Below are positions 1-9,403 of a stretch of DNA of 50,812 nucleotides, in pieces. The notes under the pieces are model-generated. The model made no database searches. It saw nothing but the letters and a program-made list of their open reading frames with translations, and was not told where the DNA came from. Each line of letters begins with the position of its first letter. Within the stretch, counting starts at the first letter, position 1. The position numbers and the translations under genes are program-made. Origin of the DNA: Clostridia bacterium (GTDB lineage: Bacteria; Bacillota; Clostridia; Oscillospirales; CAG-272). The DNA lies in contig JAGCJI010000108.1 of NCBI GenBank assembly GCA_017648085.1, positions 1-50,812 of the forward strand. The letters run 5' to 3'.

Positions 1-206
1 AGCGTGTGTCCCCAATAGGCTCTTGCTCCCTCAAATCCGCCGTACAGCTCGCACTTTGCCGCAAGGCTGTTGGGATTTGTTTTGTCGCCGATATTCGTGT
101 CGGAAAGATAGATCCAGTAATCCATAACGGCGCTCTCGCCGCCCTTTTTCTCGAGGAATTTAAAAAATTCACTGTAAAGGGGGATAAATTCCGTGCATGA
201 AAGCAT
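1..206 (-). CDS. hypothetical protein, N-terminal fragment (gene continues past the left window edge)
   Basis: Absent from the ORF track because it has no stop in the window. Hand translation of the minus strand from ATG 206-204 gives MLSCTEFIPLYSEFFKFLEKKGGESAVMDYWIYLSDTNIGDKTNPNSLAAKCELYGGFEGARAYWGHT with no stop. AAAGGAG RBS (214-220) lies 7 nt upstream. Confidence 0.5.
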   Translation of the reverse strand, partial: MLSCTEFIPLYSEFFKFLEKKGGESAVMDYWIYLSDTNIGDKTNPNSLAAKCELYGGFEGARAYWGHT

Positions 207-224
207 CCTATTACTCCTTTTCGG

Positions 225-1580
225 TTATTTTAATTCGCTGAGAAGCTTTTCAACCGTTTTAAGGACGATTTCTTCAACGCCGCGCTTCAGGCGGGAGCTT
301 CTCGTTTCATATCCGCCCTCGTCATAAGCCTTTGAGGTGGGGAAATAGCAGTCGCCGCCGTTGGTAAGGCAACATACGAAGGTCGCAGGGAAGGGTGATA
401 TACGTGCAACCTCGCGGCCGATATCCGAGAAAAGCTCGCCGGGCACGCCAATGAAGGCAAGATCGCCGACGGTGATAGCAGAAAGCAGGAAGGGGAAGGT
501 GTCGGGTCCGTCTTTGAGATCAACTATTCGGTTGGCCTCTGCCACGACGGTGGTAAGCTCCATTGCCTTTTCGGGTATTTCATCAGCCCTTCCGTTGTTG
601 TAAAGGTCGAGCAGGGCGCGCGCCTCGTCAACCTTGTCGTTTTCCTTATTGGCGGGGACGTCCATTTTTTCGGTCGCAAACTTTAGAGCACCGGGGGCAA
701 GGTCAATGCCTTTGCCCGAGGAGGAAAGGGCTGCTGCCGCAACCACTCTGCCCATATGCTTCGTATGCTCGTATCCGCGCGGAACGCCGTCGAAGCTATC
801 GTAGTGAAGCCCACGTTTGTCCGCCTCGCTTGGAAAAGGATTTATATGACCGAGATCTCCCTGAGAGCCGGTAAGGAAAAGACATTTTGAGCCGGGTATC
901 GCACCCTCGATAGTGCTTCTTACAACACCGGGCCAGTCGCCGCTGATGTAGTCGCCACCGACGGAATCGGCGTGAGTGCCGAAGCAAACGACGTACACGT
1001 CATCGCCACATTCACGTTCTATTTTGATAGTTCTGACCTCTTCGTTTGGAGTGCCGAGAGCATGATCAATATCGGGGTTTTCGACGCCGGGATTGGTTTG
1101 CACCTTGCCACTTTTCATTCTGAAGCGGCGGCAGAAGGATATGTTCTTCGCCTCAGCCGTTGAAAATGAGATCACGGAGGGTGAGAGGGTGCTCATCGCC
1201 TCGCGACCGATATTTGCGAGGGTGTTGATAAGGAACTCCTCGTACTCGTAAGCGGTGCTTCCCGTGCCGAGAGCGCCGGATGCGCCAACCTGCGGGCCGG
1301 TATGGGTATGTGAGCAGTTGATGAGTATTGCATCGGGGTGAATGCCCGTTGCCGCGGCAACTCTGCTTCGCATAGCGGTGCATTGCTCGGTATCAAGCTC
1401 GCACACCTCAACCGAGATGATCAAGGAGGTGTTGTTGCCGTCCGATATAGCGAGCGCTGCCGCATATATGTCGTCAAGAATTCCCTTCGTTTTACGAAGA
1501 TGATAATATCCAACGATGGGAGTGCCGAGGGGTGGGTTTATGACCGCCCTTGCATATCCCGTAAATATTTTCTTATCCAT
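225..1580 (-). CDS. neutral/alkaline non-lysosomal ceramidase-like hydrolase (N-terminal-domain family)
   Basis: 451-aa ORF. NCSHTHTGP metal-binding-like motif and GYY...L loop near the N-terminus are typical of the short Firmicute ceramidase-like family. Its ATG overlaps the upstream stop by 1 nt (TGATG). Confidence 0.55.
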   Translation of the reverse strand: MDKKIFTGYARAVINPPLGTPIVGYYHLRKTKGILDDIYAAALAISDGNNTSLIISVEVCELDTEQCTAMRSRVAAATGIHPDAILINCSHTHTGPQVGASGALGTGSTAYEYEEFLINTLANIGREAMSTLSPSVISFSTAEAKNISFCRRFRMKSGKVQTNPGVENPDIDHALGTPNEEVRTIKIERECGDDVYVVCFGTHADSVGGDYISGDWPGVVRSTIEGAIPGSKCLFLTGSQGDLGHINPFPSEADKRGLHYDSFDGVPRGYEHTKHMGRVVAAAALSSSGKGIDLAPGALKFATEKMDVPANKENDKVDEARALLDLYNNGRADEIPEKAMELTTVVAEANRIVDLKDGPDTFPFLLSAITVGDLAFIGVPGELFSDIGREVARISPFPATFVCCLTNGGDCYFPTSKAYDEGGYETRSSRLKRGVEEIVLKTVEKLLSELK

Positions 1581-2464
1581 CAGAGTTCACCTATTTTTTG
1601 CATATCAGCCTTTATGCTTTCAACAAGCTCGGGCATGGGAGTGTACTTATAGTCCTCAACGTAAATTCCCTCAAGGCCGAGAAGATTCATGCTCTCGGAG
1701 TATATGTAAAGAAGATCCGTGCCGGGGTAGGAAAGCAGGCGATCTCTATACCAGATAATGTTGTTAAGATACTTGCTTACACCCTCAAAATCGCCGTTTT
1801 TATATGCATCGGCAAGACCCTTTGCGTTCTTAGGAGTGCAGGAGAACATACCGTCAAGCACCTTGTCAAAGCCGAATTTAAGCGCAACGTCAAAGCAGTC
1901 AAGATTGCTGTAAAGTACGTTAAATTCGGGGTATGCAAATTTAAGCTGACGAACCAGAACGATATCACCCGTCTTAATTCCCGCAACCTTGCCTGCCTTA
2001 ATAAGAGAGTCAACGAGGGGGAAGGTGATCTTAACCTTGGTTACAACCGCAAGGTCGTAGAGGTAGAGGGGATGCTCGGTTGCATCGCTGATAGCAGAGA
2101 AAAAGGTGAAAAGCTCGGAGTTGGTCGAGGTGCAATAGAAGGGGGTAGTTGCAACTACGCCGTCAAGCTTAAGGCCGCGGAGAAGCTCAAGGCGAGCCTT
2201 AACTCTTGCAATCGAGTTATCCATAACGCCAACGAAAAGGGCTACTCTGCCGTCGTTAGCCTCCGAAGCTACCTTTGCCGCCTCGGCGAATGCTTCCATA
2301 GTTACGGCTTCCTCAATTCCCATGCTTCCAAGCAAAAGAAGGCCCGAAGCGCCTGCCGCAATCTGCATTTCTATCTCTTTTACGAGTGCGCTTGCGACAA
2401 GATTGCCGTTTTCGTCAAGGGGAGTGCCGAGTGCTGTGAAAAATCCGGGGTTTAACTTTCTCAT
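1580..2464 (-). CDS. dihydrodipicolinate synthase / N-acetylneuraminate lyase family (class I aldolase)
   Basis: 294 aa. The N-terminus GFFTALGTPLDENGNL...GASGLLLLGSMGE-like is typical of the DapA/NanA family. GGAG RBS before ATG 2464. Confidence 0.7.
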   Translation of the reverse strand: MRKLNPGFFTALGTPLDENGNLVASALVKEIEMQIAAGASGLLLLGSMGIEEAVTMEAFAEAAKVASEANDGRVALFVGVMDNSIARVKARLELLRGLKLDGVVATTPFYCTSTNSELFTFFSAISDATEHPLYLYDLAVVTKVKITFPLVDSLIKAGKVAGIKTGDIVLVRQLKFAYPEFNVLYSNLDCFDVALKFGFDKVLDGMFSCTPKNAKGLADAYKNGDFEGVSKYLNNIIWYRDRLLSYPGTDLLYIYSESMNLLGLEGIYVEDYKYTPMPELVESIKADMQKIGEL

Positions 2465-2622
2465 AAAAAAATCTCCTTAAAGTAAGCTTTTTATTTTATT
2501 ATATCGTAAGGCGGGCGGGGTGTAAATCTATTTTTGCGACAAATCTTTCCCTCTGTGTCTAAAAAATAAATAAAAATTCTTGACATTTTGGCTTCACGGC
2601 CATATAATTGAGTTGAAAAGGG

Positions 2623-3513
2623 GTGATTTTTTTGCATGACAAGATATTGCTTGCACAGAATAAAGAGTTTACGGTTAAGATAGAAAACCTATCGTTTGCC
2701 TTGATAGTGGATATAAACAAAGGTGAAACCGCGCTCGATCCCGTGCAGCTTACCCTGCACAGCCACGTTGCGGCAGAGCTTTTCGCCTGTAATCGCGGCA
2801 GGGCTGAGATACGGCTTGAAGATAATACGGTAATTCTGCAAAAGGGGGATCTTGCCATAGTGCCGCCCCGCCTGGCTCATTGCCTTTATAAATCCGAGGA
2901 TGCCGAGGTTTCGGCGATCAGCTTTATGTGCCGACCCAGAAGTGAGAGGGATACGAGCGACCTTTACCGTGAGCTTTCTGTTTTCGTAAAGGGAGAGGGG
3001 GTCATAGTTTACCGCCTGCAATCCGAGATAAGTGAAAAGATTCGAGAAATAGTGGGGGCGGCAGAGAGCCTTGCCGGAATTCCCCCCGCGATCCGCGTAA
3101 TAGATATATTGCTATCCCTTGCCGGAGAGCGCTCGGAATCGGCGCAAGATGCAAAATCCGCCGTAGCATACGATGCGGGATATGACATTCAGCGCATGGC
3201 TCGCTTAGATCAGCTTATACACAGATTTTATATGCACGATCTTAGTGCCGAGTACGTTGCAAATCAGCTCTATATAAGCACACGCCAGCTTGACCGTATT
3301 GCGCGCCGCAGATATGGCAAGAGCTTACATAAGGTCGTTATGGAAAAAAGGATAAAATCGGCGGCGCAACTTCTCGCTGAAAGTGACATGACGGTTGAGC
3401 GTATTGCAAGCAGCGTGGGATTTGCCTCGGCGGTGGGCTTTTACCGTGAATTTATGCGCTATTTTGGTACTACCCCGGCGGAATACAGAAAAATGAAAAG
3501 AGAAAATCAATGA
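2623..3513 (+). CDS. AraC family transcriptional regulator (cupin sensor + HTH)
   Basis: N-terminal cupin-like region (LQKGDLAIVPPRLAH). C-terminal AraC HTH (ISTRQLDRIARRRYGKS...VGFASAVGFYREFMRYFGTTPAEYRK). Start is GTG 2623 or TTG 2632. Confidence 0.85.
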   Translation: MIFLHDKILLAQNKEFTVKIENLSFALIVDINKGETALDPVQLTLHSHVAAELFACNRGRAEIRLEDNTVILQKGDLAIVPPRLAHCLYKSEDAEVSAISFMCRPRSERDTSDLYRELSVFVKGEGVIVYRLQSEISEKIREIVGAAESLAGIPPAIRVIDILLSLAGERSESAQDAKSAVAYDAGYDIQRMARLDQLIHRFYMHDLSAEYVANQLYISTRQLDRIARRRYGKSLHKVVMEKRIKSAAQLLAESDMTVERIASSVGFASAVGFYREFMRYFGTTPAEYRKMKRENQ

Positions 3514-4304
3514 AATACGTAATTATAACCGGTGCGGACGGAGGTATGGGACGCGCCGCGGTAAAGGAATTTATAAAAGAGGGCTACGGTGTTATTGCGC
3601 TTGACGTGCGAGAGTATTCCGGTGAGGTACCCGTTCTTCTTTCCGTAAGGTGCGACCTTACCGACACGGCAAGCGTTGAAGAGGCTTACGCGAGGGTATG
3701 CGAGCTGACCGACAAAATCGATCTTATAGTCCACCTTGTAGGAATTTATACGCTTGACTCGCTTGTCGAGGCCCCTGAGAGAGATTTGCGCCGTGCTTTT
3801 GATATAAACTTTTTCGGTGCGGCTAACGTAAACCGCATTTTTCTGCCACTGCTCGCCCGTGGCAGTAGAATAATAGTTACAACAAGCGAGCTTGCAGCCC
3901 TTGACCCCTTGCCGTTTACGGGAATTTATGCGATAACCAAGGGCACGCTTGATAAATATGCGTATTCCTTGCGCATGGAGTTTCAGCTGCTTGGAATTGA
4001 CGTTACGGTTTTGCGCGCCGGCGCAACAAGCACCGATATGCTGGGTGTATCTACCGCGGCACTTGACCGATTCTGTGAGAATACCGAGCTTTATTCTTGC
4101 AATGCCGCGAGGTTTAAGAAAATAGTAAACAGTGTTGAATCGCGCAGTATAAGCCCCGAGCGCGTGTCAAAAAAGCTTTCTAAAATAGCAGGCAAAAGGC
4201 GCACGCGCTTTGCCTACTCCATAAATCGCAACCCCTTGCTTTTGCTTCTTGATGCGCTTCCGCGCGCCTGGCGGTTCAAAATAATCAAACGGATTTTGAA
4301 GTGA
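3510..4304 (+). CDS. SDR family oxidoreductase
   Basis: TGADGGMGRA (TGxxxGxG) and YAITKGTL (YxxxK). ATGA overlap with the AraC stop. Confidence 0.85.
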   Translation: MKYVIITGADGGMGRAAVKEFIKEGYGVIALDVREYSGEVPVLLSVRCDLTDTASVEEAYARVCELTDKIDLIVHLVGIYTLDSLVEAPERDLRRAFDINFFGAANVNRIFLPLLARGSRIIVTTSELAALDPLPFTGIYAITKGTLDKYAYSLRMEFQLLGIDVTVLRAGATSTDMLGVSTAALDRFCENTELYSCNAARFKKIVNSVESRSISPERVSKKLSKIAGKRRTRFAYSINRNPLLLLLDALPRAWRFKIIKRILK

Positions 4305-4344
4305 AAATCGGTGCTTGCGTTTAATGCACAACTAAACAAAACGA

Positions 4345-4377
4345 GCGGAGATGCTTGAGATGGCATCTCCGTTTTTT
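4345..4377 (+). terminator. rho-independent terminator
   Basis: GCGGAGATGC ... GCATCTCCG stem followed by TTTTTT. Confidence 0.75.
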
Positions 4378-4403
4378 AGTGGCGGCTCTTTTATTTTAAA
4401 GAC

Positions 4404-4432
4404 TTGAAAAAAATGTCAATATATGATATACT
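4404..4432 (+). promoter_or_regulatory. sigma-A type promoter for the nrnA-nrnA-surE operon
   Basis: TTGAAA (4404-4409), 17-nt spacer, TATACT (4427-4432). Confidence 0.55.
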
Positions 4433-4462
4433 AATATAATAAGCAGTAAAGGAAATGATAAA

Positions 4463-5398
4463 ATGATAGAAAAAATAGTTGAAAAAATTAAAAAAGCCGA
4501 CACGGTTATTATTCACCGACATACGAATCCCGACGGCGATGCGATAGGAAGTCAGGTCGGACTTAAATACATAATAAAGGAAAATTTCCCCGACAAGCGG
4601 GTGCTTGCGGTGGGCGATGCCGCCGGAAGATATTCGTTCGTTGAGGGTAGCACTACCGACGACGTTCAGGACAGCGATTACGAAGGTGCGCTTGCCATAA
4701 TTCTTGACACTTCGGCGTCGGCTCTTATCAGCGACGGCCGCTACACCTTGGCACAGGATACGGCGCGAATCGACCATCACATTTTCTGCGAGAAGATAGC
4801 GGACGCGGAGCTTGTGGACACCTCGTACGAGAGCTGCTGCGGACTCGTTACCGAATTTGCGCTTTCGGCAGGGCTGAAAATACCCCCGATATCAGCCGCC
4901 GCGCTTTACACGGGTATGGTTACCGACTCGGGCAGATTCCGTTATGATTCCACAACGGACAAGACCTTCCGCCTGGCATCCGCTCTTATGAGCGTTGGCG
5001 TGGACATTGCCTCGATTTATAAAAATCTCTATACCGACGATTTTGAGAGAGTAAAATTGCGCGCGCAGTTCGTTTTAAAGGTGAAATTCACCGAAAAGGG
5101 TGTTGCATATATATATACGACACGAGAGGAGCTTGAGAGCTATAACGCCGACCTCTTCTTTATATCGCGCGGTATGGTCAGCACGATGTCGGACCTGCGC
5201 GGTGTCGATATATGGGCTAATTTCACCGAGAGCGAGGGCGGAGTTTTGTGCGAGATTCGCTCAAGCAAGTATAATATAAACCCCGTGGCGAAAAAATACG
5301 GTGGCGGCGGTCACGCCAAGGCGAGCGGTGCAACGCTTAAGGACTACGGCGAGGCGATGGCTCTGCTTGCCGACCTTGAAGCACTTTTGGAGGACTGA
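4463..5398 (+). CDS. nrnA: DHH/DHHA1 phosphoesterase, NrnA-like (nanoRNase / pAp phosphatase), copy 1
   Basis: HRHTNPDGDAIGS, RIDHHIF (DHH) and YGGGGHAKASGA (GGGH) motifs. Confidence 0.85.
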   Translation: MIEKIVEKIKKADTVIIHRHTNPDGDAIGSQVGLKYIIKENFPDKRVLAVGDAAGRYSFVEGSTTDDVQDSDYEGALAIILDTSASALISDGRYTLAQDTARIDHHIFCEKIADAELVDTSYESCCGLVTEFALSAGLKIPPISAAALYTGMVTDSGRFRYDSTTDKTFRLASALMSVGVDIASIYKNLYTDDFERVKLRAQFVLKVKFTEKGVAYIYTTREELESYNADLFFISRGMVSTMSDLRGVDIWANFTESEGGVLCEIRSSKYNINPVAKKYGGGGHAKASGATLKDYGEAMALLADLEALLED

Positions 5399-5401
5399 CG
5401 A

Positions 5402-6382
5402 ATGAAAACGCAAGAAATGCAAATAATATTTGATAAAATCAAGGAATATGATAGGATAATTATATTCCGTCATTTCCGCCCCGACGGTGATGCTATCGGC
5501 TCAACGAAGGGACTGCAGAGAATACTGAAGCTAACCTATCCCGAGAAGGAAATATATATTCAAAACTGTGACTCCTCCGACTATCTTGCCTTCCTCGGAG
5601 GTGAGGACGAGCCTATTGCGGACGAGCTTTATGCGGACGCGCTTGCCATAGTAATTGACACGGGTGACACCAAAAGGGTATCAAACCAGAAATTTTCCCT
5701 TTGCCGCGAGGTTGCGGTGATCGACCATCATATACAGACGTCGCCCTACGGCGACTACAGATGGGTAATTGAGGAAAAATCCTCATCTTGCGAGATGATA
5801 GCGGAGTTTTACGATGCTTTCCGCGACGAACTTAAAATTGACACGGAGGCGGCAACCTATATTTATACGGGTATGGTTACCGACTCGGGCAGATTCCGTT
5901 TTCGTTCGGTTTCGGGTGAAACGCTTCGCCTTGCGGGAGTTATGCTTGACCTTGGCGTAGATACCGACAGACTATACGCAGAGCTTTACCTTGAAGAATA
6001 CGATTACCTTAAATTCAAGGCGTACGTTTACGAAAACATGAAGATGACAGAAAACGGCGTCGCGTATATATACGTTGACCGTGCAATGCAGGAAAGATTT
6101 TCTCTTACGCAGGAAAAGGCGTCTGCCGTCGTAAGCTGCCTTGATTCAATTCGCGGCAGTATAATATGGCTTGCATTTATCGACAACGACGACGGCACGA
6201 CTCGCGTGCGACTTCGTTCCCGCTTTGTGACGGTAAACGAGCTTGCAGAGAGGTATCACGGCGGCGGTCACGACTGTGCCGCAGGTGCGACGGTATATTC
6301 GCCCGATGAGATGGCGGCACTGCTTTCAGAGGCGGATGCACTTATCAAAGAGTATAAAGAAAATAACGAGGGTTGGCTATGA
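5402..6382 (+). CDS. nrnA: DHH/DHHA1 phosphoesterase, NrnA-like, copy 2
   Basis: FRHFRPDGDAIGS, VIDHHIQ and YHGGGHDCAAGA. Starts 3 nt after copy 1. Confidence 0.85.
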   Translation: MKTQEMQIIFDKIKEYDRIIIFRHFRPDGDAIGSTKGLQRILKLTYPEKEIYIQNCDSSDYLAFLGGEDEPIADELYADALAIVIDTGDTKRVSNQKFSLCREVAVIDHHIQTSPYGDYRWVIEEKSSSCEMIAEFYDAFRDELKIDTEAATYIYTGMVTDSGRFRFRSVSGETLRLAGVMLDLGVDTDRLYAELYLEEYDYLKFKAYVYENMKMTENGVAYIYVDRAMQERFSLTQEKASAVVSCLDSIRGSIIWLAFIDNDDGTTRVRLRSRFVTVNELAERYHGGGHDCAAGATVYSPDEMAALLSEADALIKEYKENNEGWL

Positions 6383-7104
6383 GAATACTGATAACTAACG
6401 ACGACGGTATCGGCGCACCCGGTATACGCCATCTCGTAGAATGGGCAAAAACCAAGGGCGAGGTGGTCGTGGTTGCACCCCGTGTTGAGCAAAGCGCGAA
6501 AAGCCACGGCATAGAGATACACTCGGCGTTTGAGGTGAAGCCGTCGGAGGTGTTTTCGGGCGTGCGTGCATTCTCGGTTGATTCAACACCGGCGGACTGT
6601 ATCAGGGTTGCAAAGCTGTTATTAAAGGAAGAGTTTGACATAGTTTTCTCGGGAATAAACCGCGGTCCTAACCTCGGTTGTGACCTTGTTTATTCGGCCA
6701 CGGTGGGCGCAATTTTTGAAGCGTCGCGCTTCGGAATACCGGCGATAGCCTTTTCTACCGATTTCGATTCCTTTGACAATGCGGTCGCAAGGTTGGACGA
6801 GGTCTACGATTTCTTTGAAAAGCACGAGCTTATGAAGAAAAACTCCCTTTATAACGTTAATATCCCCTCGTGCGAGAGCCACGGATTTCGCATAACGCGC
6901 CAGGGCGGAATGTATTTTTCGGACAAGTTCGGCAAGACTGAGAGGGAGAACTTCTATCAGCCGGAGGGATACTGCGTTTACGAGGGCGGACAGAATCTCC
7001 GTGAGGATATAGACGCGTTTAAGTGCGGATATATTTCAATTACTCCGCTTCTGTCAACGAGAACAAACCTTGCACTTGTAGAAAAGCTACAAAAGGAAAT
7101 ATAA
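6379..7104 (+). CDS. surE: 5'/3'-nucleotidase SurE
   Basis: MRILITNDDGIGAPGI N-terminus and SGINRGPNLG motif. ATG 6379 overlaps the upstream TGA (ATGA). The ORF track starts at an upstream TTG (6373). Confidence 0.9.
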   Translation: MRILITNDDGIGAPGIRHLVEWAKTKGEVVVVAPRVEQSAKSHGIEIHSAFEVKPSEVFSGVRAFSVDSTPADCIRVAKLLLKEEFDIVFSGINRGPNLGCDLVYSATVGAIFEASRFGIPAIAFSTDFDSFDNAVARLDEVYDFFEKHELMKKNSLYNVNIPSCESHGFRITRQGGMYFSDKFGKTERENFYQPEGYCVYEGGQNLREDIDAFKCGYISITPLLSTRTNLALVEKLQKEI

Positions 7105-7110
7105 GAAAAA

Positions 7111-7147
7111 AGAGCAGAGAGACGCGGAAGCCCGTCATTTCTGCTCT
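7111..7147. terminator. bidirectional terminator between convergent surE and the RNase gene
   Basis: AGAGCAGA (7111-7118) pairs with TCTGCTCT (7140-7147). An A-run precedes it and a T-rich tract follows. Confidence 0.65.
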
Positions 7148-7153
7148 TTAATT

Positions 7154-8551
7154 TTACACGGTAGCGTAGATACGCTTCGTGTCGATAAATATGATAACCT
7201 CACATACCGCACCCTTTGCGCCAAGAGGTGCAAGAACGCTCGGTACGTATGGGGTGGGGTTATAGTCGTATTTGCTTGAAATTTTGCCGCCGCCGGTTAT
7301 GTTGCCGAACATCACGCCCCAACCGCCCTTGTAATTTAAGTATTCCTGAAAATCGTTATAGTGGTTGTAGGTGTAGAAAAGATATCTTTCGTTCGGCTCA
7401 ACTATCTTGTTGCCGTTGGCGTCAAAGCGGGCGTAAACTATGCGCGCCGCGCCGCGTGTTATCTTGCTTCCGTTATTATAAAGTGCCGCGGTGTAGCTTG
7501 GGTCACAGTCGGTGCCGGTGGTGCCGATATCCATCTCATAATAGTCGAGCACGCCGCCGCAACCGCTTATATTAGGAAGCACGGGCTCGTATGGATATCT
7601 TGACGTATCGCCCGAAAAATAGGTGTGATTAAGTCGCAGGTATATGCCCCAAATGCTACTTGTGGGCTTCGTGCTCTTTGAGGAGGTGTAATTGGCAGGG
7701 ATATCGCCAAAGGCGTAAACGTACGCCGCAACCTCTTCAAGCGTTATGTATGCGCCGCCACGGTAAACGCGGAATACTTCATTGCCGCGTGAGTCTGTGA
7801 CGATGTAGGTGTTTTTATTATCCGCATACAGGGTAGTGCTGTTTCGTATATAGTATCCGCCCTGCATCGGTCGGTATGAGGATATAGTGGGTGCTTGGTC
7901 GGGCACGGTAAGACTGCCGGACATAAATCCGTAGTAGGTGCGCCAATATGCGTCAAGATAGCTCTCTGCGGGCTCGTAGTTTGAGTAGAACTCGGACTCG
8001 CTCATACCGGCGTAAAGGCACTGATAGTCGGGTTCAGGTTCAGGTTCAGGCTCGGGTTCAGGTTCAGGTTCAGGCTCGGGTTCAGGTTCAGGCTCGGGTT
8101 CAGGTTCAGGCTCGGGTTCAGGTTCAGGCTCGGGTTCGGGCTCGGGTTCGGGCTCTGGGGGTGGGTTAGGATTGGGGTTGGGGTTAGGGTTAGGATTTTC
8201 CTCGTCTTCAACGATGACCGTTAAAATATCGGTCGAGTCACCGAGGGTTACCATTATCAGCGCATACCCTTCGCTATCTGCCCACAAGAGTCCGTTTTCG
8301 TCAACTCTGACACAGTTACCGTTGGCAACGAAGCTGACGTAGTTGTATAATTCGCCGGGGATATTGGTTTCGACAATTATAACCTCTCCCGGTTTCATTC
8401 TGACGGTGTCGCCGTTTTGAATCTCGACTTCAAATCCGTCGGGGATTTCAGGACCGAAAACGTCGCAGGAGGTTGACGTGAATATGATAAGCATCAAAAC
8501 GAGAAAGGATGCTAATATTCTTCCGAATTTCTTCATCTTTACCTCCTTCAA
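7154..8551 (-). CDS. secreted or lipoprotein barnase/binase-family ribonuclease with Ig-like domain and (NP)n-(PE)n linker
   Basis: Signal/lipobox LIIFTSTSC. The C-terminal half aligns by eye to barnase: [19 protein letters not shown] ~ DGVADYLQTYHKLPDNYIT; YYEMDI ~ WREADI (Glu73); TRGAARIVY ~ FRNSDRILY (Arg83/Arg87); [12 protein letters not shown] ~ YKTTDHYQTFTKI (His102). Confidence 0.8.
   Translation of the reverse strand: MKEVKMKKFGRILASFLVLMLIIFTSTSCDVFGPEIPDGFEVEIQNGDTVRMKPGEVIIVETNIPGELYNYVSFVANGNCVRVDENGLLWADSEGYALIMVTLGDSTDILTVIVEDEENPNPNPNPNPNPPPEPEPEPEPEPEPEPEPEPEPEPEPEPEPEPEPEPEPEPEPEPDYQCLYAGMSESEFYSNYEPAESYLDAYWRTYYGFMSGSLTVPDQAPTISSYRPMQGGYYIRNSTTLYADNKNTYIVTDSRGNEVFRVYRGGAYITLEEVAAYVYAFGDIPANYTSSKSTKPTSSIWGIYLRLNHTYFSGDTSRYPYEPVLPNISGCGGVLDYYEMDIGTTGTDCDPSYTAALYNNGSKITRGAARIVYARFDANGNKIVEPNERYLFYTYNHYNDFQEYLNYKGGWGVMFGNITGGGKISSKYDYNPTPYVPSVLAPLGAKGAVCEVIIFIDTKRIYATV
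8029..8206. repeat. in-frame hexanucleotide tandem repeat (GGTTCA/GGCTCG units, then GGGTTA/GGATTG units)
   Basis: Direct reading of the sequence. Encodes [12 protein letters not shown] followed by a long PEPEPE... linker in the RNase. Confidence 0.9.
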
Positions 8552-8565
8552 AAGAGTTGCTTTGC

Positions 8566-9186
8566 TTATTTCATAAGGTGCCTAAGTATTACGTCGGATA
8601 CGAACTCGGCGCGCGCGAGCACCTCGCCGGGTGCTGCCATATCCCTGCCGAATACCTCCGACAAGGTGTGAATGTTGGAGAAATATGAGAAGCTGAAGCT
8701 CTGGATCGAGAGGGATACCTGATATTCGTCCACGTCCTCACGGAAAATGCCCATATCTTTGCCGCGGCGAATTTCTCTTGTGATATAATCAAGCGTGGGA
8801 GCTTTGAGCTTGCGAACCTCGTCACCGAAAAGGGATTTTGCGCCGTTCAGATTTTCCCACATCAAAAGGCGCACGAAGCTCGGAGTTTCATTAAGGAAAC
8901 GGAAATAGGTATAAACTACGTTTTTGATGGACTCGGTAGGCTCTAAATTTTCGATATAGAAGCTGCTTTCGCACTCGGCTACCCTTTTGTAGGTGGAAAG
9001 CAGGATCTCTTGATAAAGCCCCTCCTTGCTTTCAAAGTGGGCGTAGATCATACGCTTGTTGACGCCGGCTGAGTGTGCTATTTCGTCTATTCTTGCGCCA
9101 AAAAAGCCCTTGTCCGAAAACTCCTTTTCGGCGGCTGAGAGGATTTTTGCGCGGGTTATATCTGATTTTGACTGTTTTTGATTCAT
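8566..9186 (-). CDS. TetR/AcrR family transcriptional regulator
   Basis: N-terminal [51 protein letters not shown]. Lies only 14 nt upstream of the RNase gene on the same strand. Confidence 0.9.
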   Translation of the reverse strand: MNQKQSKSDITRAKILSAAEKEFSDKGFFGARIDEIAHSAGVNKRMIYAHFESKEGLYQEILLSTYKRVAECESSFYIENLEPTESIKNVVYTYFRFLNETPSFVRLLMWENLNGAKSLFGDEVRKLKAPTLDYITREIRRGKDMGIFREDVDEYQVSLSIQSFSFSYFSNIHTLSEVFGRDMAAPGEVLARAEFVSDVILRHLMK

Positions 9187-9203
9187 AGTTTCTCCTCGAT
9201 TAG

Positions 9204-9266
9204 AGATAAGTGCCGAAAGCTCTGAATTTTAAGGATCGAATGTGAGCCGCGGTTATTCTATCTTGC
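9204..9266 (+). repeat. 63-nt leader element, copy A1 (antisense within the predicted tetR-RNase 5' UTR)
   Basis: Starts AGATAAGTGCCGAAAGC and ends TCTTGC. Same termini and length as copy A2, exactly 200 nt away. Confidence 0.6.
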
Positions 9267-9272
9267 CTAAAT

Positions 9273-9301
9273 ATTTTAACATACAGGTACTTTATTGTCA
9301 A
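9273..9301 (-). promoter_or_regulatory. promoter of the tetR-RNase operon
   Basis: On the minus strand: TTGACA (9301-9296), 17-nt spacer, TAAAAT (9278-9273). Confidence 0.6.
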
Positions 9302-9306
9302 CAATA
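9293..9306. promoter_or_regulatory. candidate TetR operator (6-2-6 palindrome overlapping the -35 box)
   Basis: TATTGT-CA-ACAATA. Overlaps the TTGACA -35 of the tetR promoter. Confidence 0.45.
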
Positions 9307-9343
9307 TTTACGGAATAAATAATGGTCTATTGCGCTAAAAGTA

Positions 9344-9372
9344 TTGACTTTATACTTAAATAGCGGTATAAT
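9344..9372 (+). promoter_or_regulatory. promoter of the Gfo/Idh/MocA oxidoreductase gene
   Basis: TTGACT (9344-9349), 17-nt spacer, TATAAT (9367-9372). Confidence 0.65.
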
Positions 9373-9403
9373 CAAGGTAACCGAATAGTTAGTTTCGCAA
9401 GAA

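Noticed and set aside
6-200. 64-aa plus-strand ORF at the left edge.
   Set aside because: The minus strand carries an open frame with a good RBS and ATG at 206 that runs out of the window. The plus-strand ORF has no RBS and an implausible sequence.
8029-8206. Regular short repeats that might suggest a CRISPR array or microsatellite locus.
   Set aside because: The unit is 6 nt with no spacers and lies in frame inside the RNase gene, encoding the PE/NP linker. It is not a CRISPR array.
7154-9186. Search for a barstar-like immunity ORF beside the barnase-family RNase.
   Set aside because: No listed ORF around the operon has barstar-like length or sequence. Absence from the window is reported as an observation, not as proof of absence from the genome. 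ORFs under 60 aa were not systematically translated.
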